Shown here piece by piece: positions 61,501-64,000 of a stretch of DNA of 64,000 nt. Origin of the DNA: Coleofasciculus sp. B1-GNL1-01 (GTDB taxonomy: Bacteria > Cyanobacteriota > Cyanobacteriia > Cyanobacteriales > Coleofasciculaceae); the NCBI GenBank assembly GCA_040220235.1, contig JAVJTO010000075.1. One strand, written 5' to 3'. Both the position numbers and the translations under genes were made by a program. The notes under the pieces are model-generated. The model had not been told where the DNA came from. It saw nothing but the letters and a program-made list of their open reading frames with translations, and did not search any database. The first letter of the stretch is position 1; each line of letters begins with the position of its first letter.

Positions 61501-63309
61501 GATAATCAGGGGAATTCGCCCACATTGCCCCATCTCAAGGGACTACGGAATGGAGATACGGCGAGTTCCGCCACGAAGCAAGTCGCATCCGGGCGCTTTG
61601 GGGTGACGCCAGAGTACCTGATCAGTGGCAAACAATTGGAAATTAAAATCGCCCAAGGTGCGAAACCGGGAGAAGGGGGACAGTTACCGGGGAAAAAGGT
61701 AAGTCCTTATATTGCCATGTTGCGGCGGTCTAAGGCTGGTGTACCCCTGATTTCCCCACCGCCTCACCACGATATCTATTCGATTGAAGACCTTGCCCAG
61801 TTAATTTTTGACCTGCATCAAATTAATCCAGAGGCGAAGGTGTCGGTAAAATTAGTGGCGGAAATTGGCATTGGTACGATCGCCGCAGGTGTGGCGAAGG
61901 CAAATGCTGATGTGATCCAGATTTCCGGTCATGATGGCGGAACGGGCGCATCGCCTCTGAGTTCGATTAAACACGCGGGTGTGTCTTGGGAGTTGGGTGT
62001 CACTGAAGTGCATCGGGCGCTGATGACCAATCAACTACGCGATCGCGTGATTTTACGGGCAGATGGTGGCTTCAAAACCGGCTGGGATGTCGTTATGGCG
62101 GCGTTAATGGGCGCGGAAGAATATGGCTTTGGTTCGGTGTCGATGATTGCGGAAGGCTGTATCATGGCGCGGATTTGCCACACGAATAACTGTCCCGTTG
62201 GTGTAGCGACACAGCAAGACCATTTACGCAAGCGGTTTACCGGAATCCCCGATCATGTGGTCAACTTCTTCTACTTTGTCGCCGAAGAAGTGCGATCGCT
62301 CTTGGCACGGTTAGGCTATCGTAAGTTAGATGAGGTAATTGGTCGGGCAGATTTACTCAAACAACGCGAGGATATCGCGTTAACGAAGACATCCACCGTA
62401 TCGGTGAAATGCTTAACTGATTTACCGGATACAAGTCGCGATCGGTCATTCCTCAACCATGAGGAGGTTCATAGTAATGGACCCGTTCTCGATGATCAAC
62501 TCCTGGCTGATCCAGAGATTCAAGCTTGCATCGCCAACCAAACCTCACTCACCAAAGATGTCGCGGTTCTGAATACCGACCGAGGAGTTGGCGCACGTCT
62601 AGCGGGTGCGATCGCTAAAAAATACAGCGATACTGGCTTTGAAGGCGAAATTACCCTCAACTTCAAAGGTGCAGCCGGACAAAGCTTTGGTGCCTTCAAT
62701 CTGCCCGGAATGACTCTGCGTCTAGTTGGGGAAGCCAATGATTATGTGGGTAAAGGAATGCATGGGGGTGAAATTATTATCACGCCTCCCCCAGAAGCCA
62801 CCTACAACCCCGCCGAAAACGTAATTGTCGGCAATACCTGCCTCTACGGTGCCACAGGCGGTACGTTATTTGCCAATGGCTGGGCGGGTGAACGATTCGG
62901 CGTCCGCAATTCTAAAGGTCAAGCGGTGATTGAAGGCGCTGGTGATCACTGCTGTGAATACATGACAGGTGGTGTGATTGTCGTTTTAGGTCATGTTGGG
63001 CGCAATGTGGGTGCAGGGATGACAGGTGGTTTAGCCTACTTCTTGGATGAAGATGGCAACTTCCCAGCCAAAGTCAACCCTGAAATTGTAAAGATGCAAC
63101 GGGTAACCACATCGGCTGGGGAACAGCAGCTAAAAGCCCTGATACAAGCCCATGTTGACCGCACCGGAAGTGATAAAGCCAAGACAATTCTGGCAAATTG
63201 GTCGGACTTCATCGGTAAATTCTGGCAAGTCGTGCCACCCTCGGAGGAGGATACCCGCGAAGCCAATCCCGATGCGGTGGCAGAACGGGAGTTAAGTCCA
63301 GTTCAGTAA
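58597..63309 (+). CDS. glsF: ferredoxin-dependent glutamate synthase (Fd-GOGAT)
   Basis: [54 protein letters not shown] domain; no small subunit adjacent. Confidence 0.95.
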   Translation: MTNRSINPNQQHQSWSRDDVAYPGQRWLVEERDACGVGFIASVAGVASHELIEQALSALTCLEHRGGCSADRDSGDGAGLMTTIPWGLFTSWFEEQGITMPPTDQLAVGMVFLPQDGTKAAKVREIVGGVFEHDGFTVLGWRVVPLNESVVGPQALDNQPHIEQVIVSCPNQAGDDRERLLYKTRRRIGNALEADGTLHWSDDLYICSLSSRTIVYKGMVRSAVLGEFYLDLKQPEYQSPFAVYHRRFSTNTLPKWPLAQPMRLLGHNGEINTLLGNINWMKAREADLSHPVWGNDIEDLKPTVAPDNSDSATLDNIFELLVRSRRSPLEALMIMVPEAYKNQPDLQDHPEIVDFYEYYSGIQEPWDGPALLVFSDGQVVGATLDRNGLRPARYSITRNGYVVVGSEAGVVDLPEADIVEKGRLGPGQMIAVDLANHEILKNWDIKQRVSQRLPYGDWLKQHRQVLSPQGFTDSTQLDAQTLLQQQTAFGYTAEDLDMILEPMVSQGKEPTFCMGDDIPLAILSDKPRLLYDYFKQRFAQVTNPPIDPLRESLVMSLSMELGQRGNLLEAKPEYAQLLKLKTPVLNEAELNAVKASGFATTELSTLFEISAGPDGLKDAIDRLCDQADQAVKSGSKVLILSDKIGGSVGENTSYIPPLLAVGAVHHHLIREGLRMKASLVVETAQCWSTHHFACLIGYGASAIHPYLALESVRQWWSNPKTQKLMDRGKIEPLTIEEAQKNYRKAVEAGLLKILSKMGISLLSSYQGAQIFEALGIGAEVLDLAFCGTTSRLGGLNLAELAQEVIAFHQRAFPELTGKKLENFGFIQYRPGGEYHMNSPEMAKALHKAVASFNGNGQDASVKNGNGKTDEEKTAYDHYDVYKKYLEDRPVTALRDLLDFKSDRTPIPIEDVEPVAEIVQRFCTGAMSLGSLSREAHETLAIAMNRIGGKSNSGEGGEDPVRFKVLDDVDNQGNSPTLPHLKGLRNGDTASSATKQVASGRFGVTPEYLISGKQLEIKIAQGAKPGEGGQLPGKKVSPYIAMLRRSKAGVPLISPPPHHDIYSIEDLAQLIFDLHQINPEAKVSVKLVAEIGIGTIAAGVAKANADVIQISGHDGGTGASPLSSIKHAGVSWELGVTEVHRALMTNQLRDRVILRADGGFKTGWDVVMAALMGAEEYGFGSVSMIAEGCIMARICHTNNCPVGVATQQDHLRKRFTGIPDHVVNFFYFVAEEVRSLLARLGYRKLDEVIGRADLLKQREDIALTKTSTVSVKCLTDLPDTSRDRSFLNHEEVHSNGPVLDDQLLADPEIQACIANQTSLTKDVAVLNTDRGVGARLAGAIAKKYSDTGFEGEITLNFKGAAGQSFGAFNLPGMTLRLVGEANDYVGKGMHGGEIIITPPPEATYNPAENVIVGNTCLYGATGGTLFANGWAGERFGVRNSKGQAVIEGAGDHCCEYMTGGVIVVLGHVGRNVGAGMTGGLAYFLDEDGNFPAKVNPEIVKMQRVTTSAGEQQLKALIQAHVDRTGSDKAKTILANWSDFIGKFWQVVPPSEEDTREANPDAVAERELSPVQ

Positions 63310-63342
63310 CGCCAGAAACTAGGGGTTTTGGCAAGATTGGAC

Positions 63343-63390
63343 AAGGATGAAGGATAAAACTCAGGTTTGCCTTCATCCTTACTGTTTTTT
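63343..63390 (+). terminator. intrinsic terminator after glsF
   Basis: AAGGATGAAGG / CCTTCATCCTT stem followed by a T-tract. Confidence 0.7.
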
Positions 63391-63515
63391 CTGGCAAATC
63401 CTTCGCCAGAAGGAACCTTTAAGCTGGGTTATCCTTCATAATTTAGTAAGGAGAGAAAAAGTCTCCTGAGTTTGTACTGCGATACTATCGACCTTTTGTA
63501 GAAAAAAGCACTGCC

Positions 63516-63716
63516 ATGGTTCAATACTCCATTAGTGCCACCAACAATCCCAAAAAACCGATCAAACTGTGCATCTGGGAATCGGCTGTGCTGACCGACT
63601 CTCGTGTTCGACCCTTTCACTTCAAAGCGAATTATAGCTGTGAGACTCTACCCGAAGCCATGGAGATTCTCCAGCAAGTTGAGACGGAGTCCCAACAATA
63701 CGAGGCGGTTGCCTAA
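63516..63716 (+). CDS. small hypothetical protein
   Basis: 66-aa ATG ORF with protein-like composition; no family recognised. Confidence 0.5.
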   Translation: MVQYSISATNNPKKPIKLCIWESAVLTDSRVRPFHFKANYSCETLPEAMEILQQVETESQQYEAVA

Positions 63717-64000
63717 TCAACCAAAGGACAAATAACGAATATAGCGTTTTCAAATGAGACAAGAAGAATGCTCATAGTTTTCTAAGTTATTGGACTTTGG
63801 ACAAAAAAAATGCATTTGCGTAACTTTTACGCAAATATAATTTGAAGTTAATGAAGAGCAATTAATTGGACTATGACCGAAAAGTTTTACTCGTCTTTAA
63901 CTCCCTCATTTTCCCCAGAGATATCCGGCTCAGTTTCTCCTCCAAAACAAACATCTAAATAACTTGACTGGAGAGAATTAATAACTCTTTCCAATTCGTC

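Noticed and set aside
1..64000. tRNA, rRNA, group II intron/RT and prophage genes
   Set aside because: none recognised by eye; tRNAscan-SE and Infernal were not run, so small RNAs could be missed

Overview
A 64-kb segment of a cyanobacterial chromosome. Evidence: dense HIP1 octamers (GCGATCGC), psaM, psbK, nblS/hik33, Fd-GOGAT and heptamer STRR tracts. The repeat repertoire suggests a filamentous Oscillatoriales/Coleofasciculus-like strain (inference). Most of the window is housekeeping: lipB, uppP, rplU-rpmA, rplI-dnaB, purD, phr, folK, iscS, rne-rnhB, pheA, the rpsL-rpsG-fusA-tufA-rpsJ operon and glsF. Two small photosystem genes missed by the ORF track (psaM, psbK) were read directly from the sequence. 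Accessory content: a NACHT-HEAT (NLR-like) protein with an in-frame palindromic repeat; a tnpB-only IS200/IS605 element about 50 bp upstream of nblS, so its predicted guide is the nblS upstream region; a HepA-like ABC exporter with a C-terminal HisKA-like tail; a WD40/pilin-like/MFS/kinase/Uma2 patch with duplication scars; and an AbrB-VapC module whose toxin is cut at a HIP1 site. Several MITE/REP/SDR families occur, including a nested repeat whose TA target duplication can be read from empty sites inside this window. No rRNA, tRNA or CRISPR array was found. I found no clear-cut complete new system; the best leads are listed as findings.
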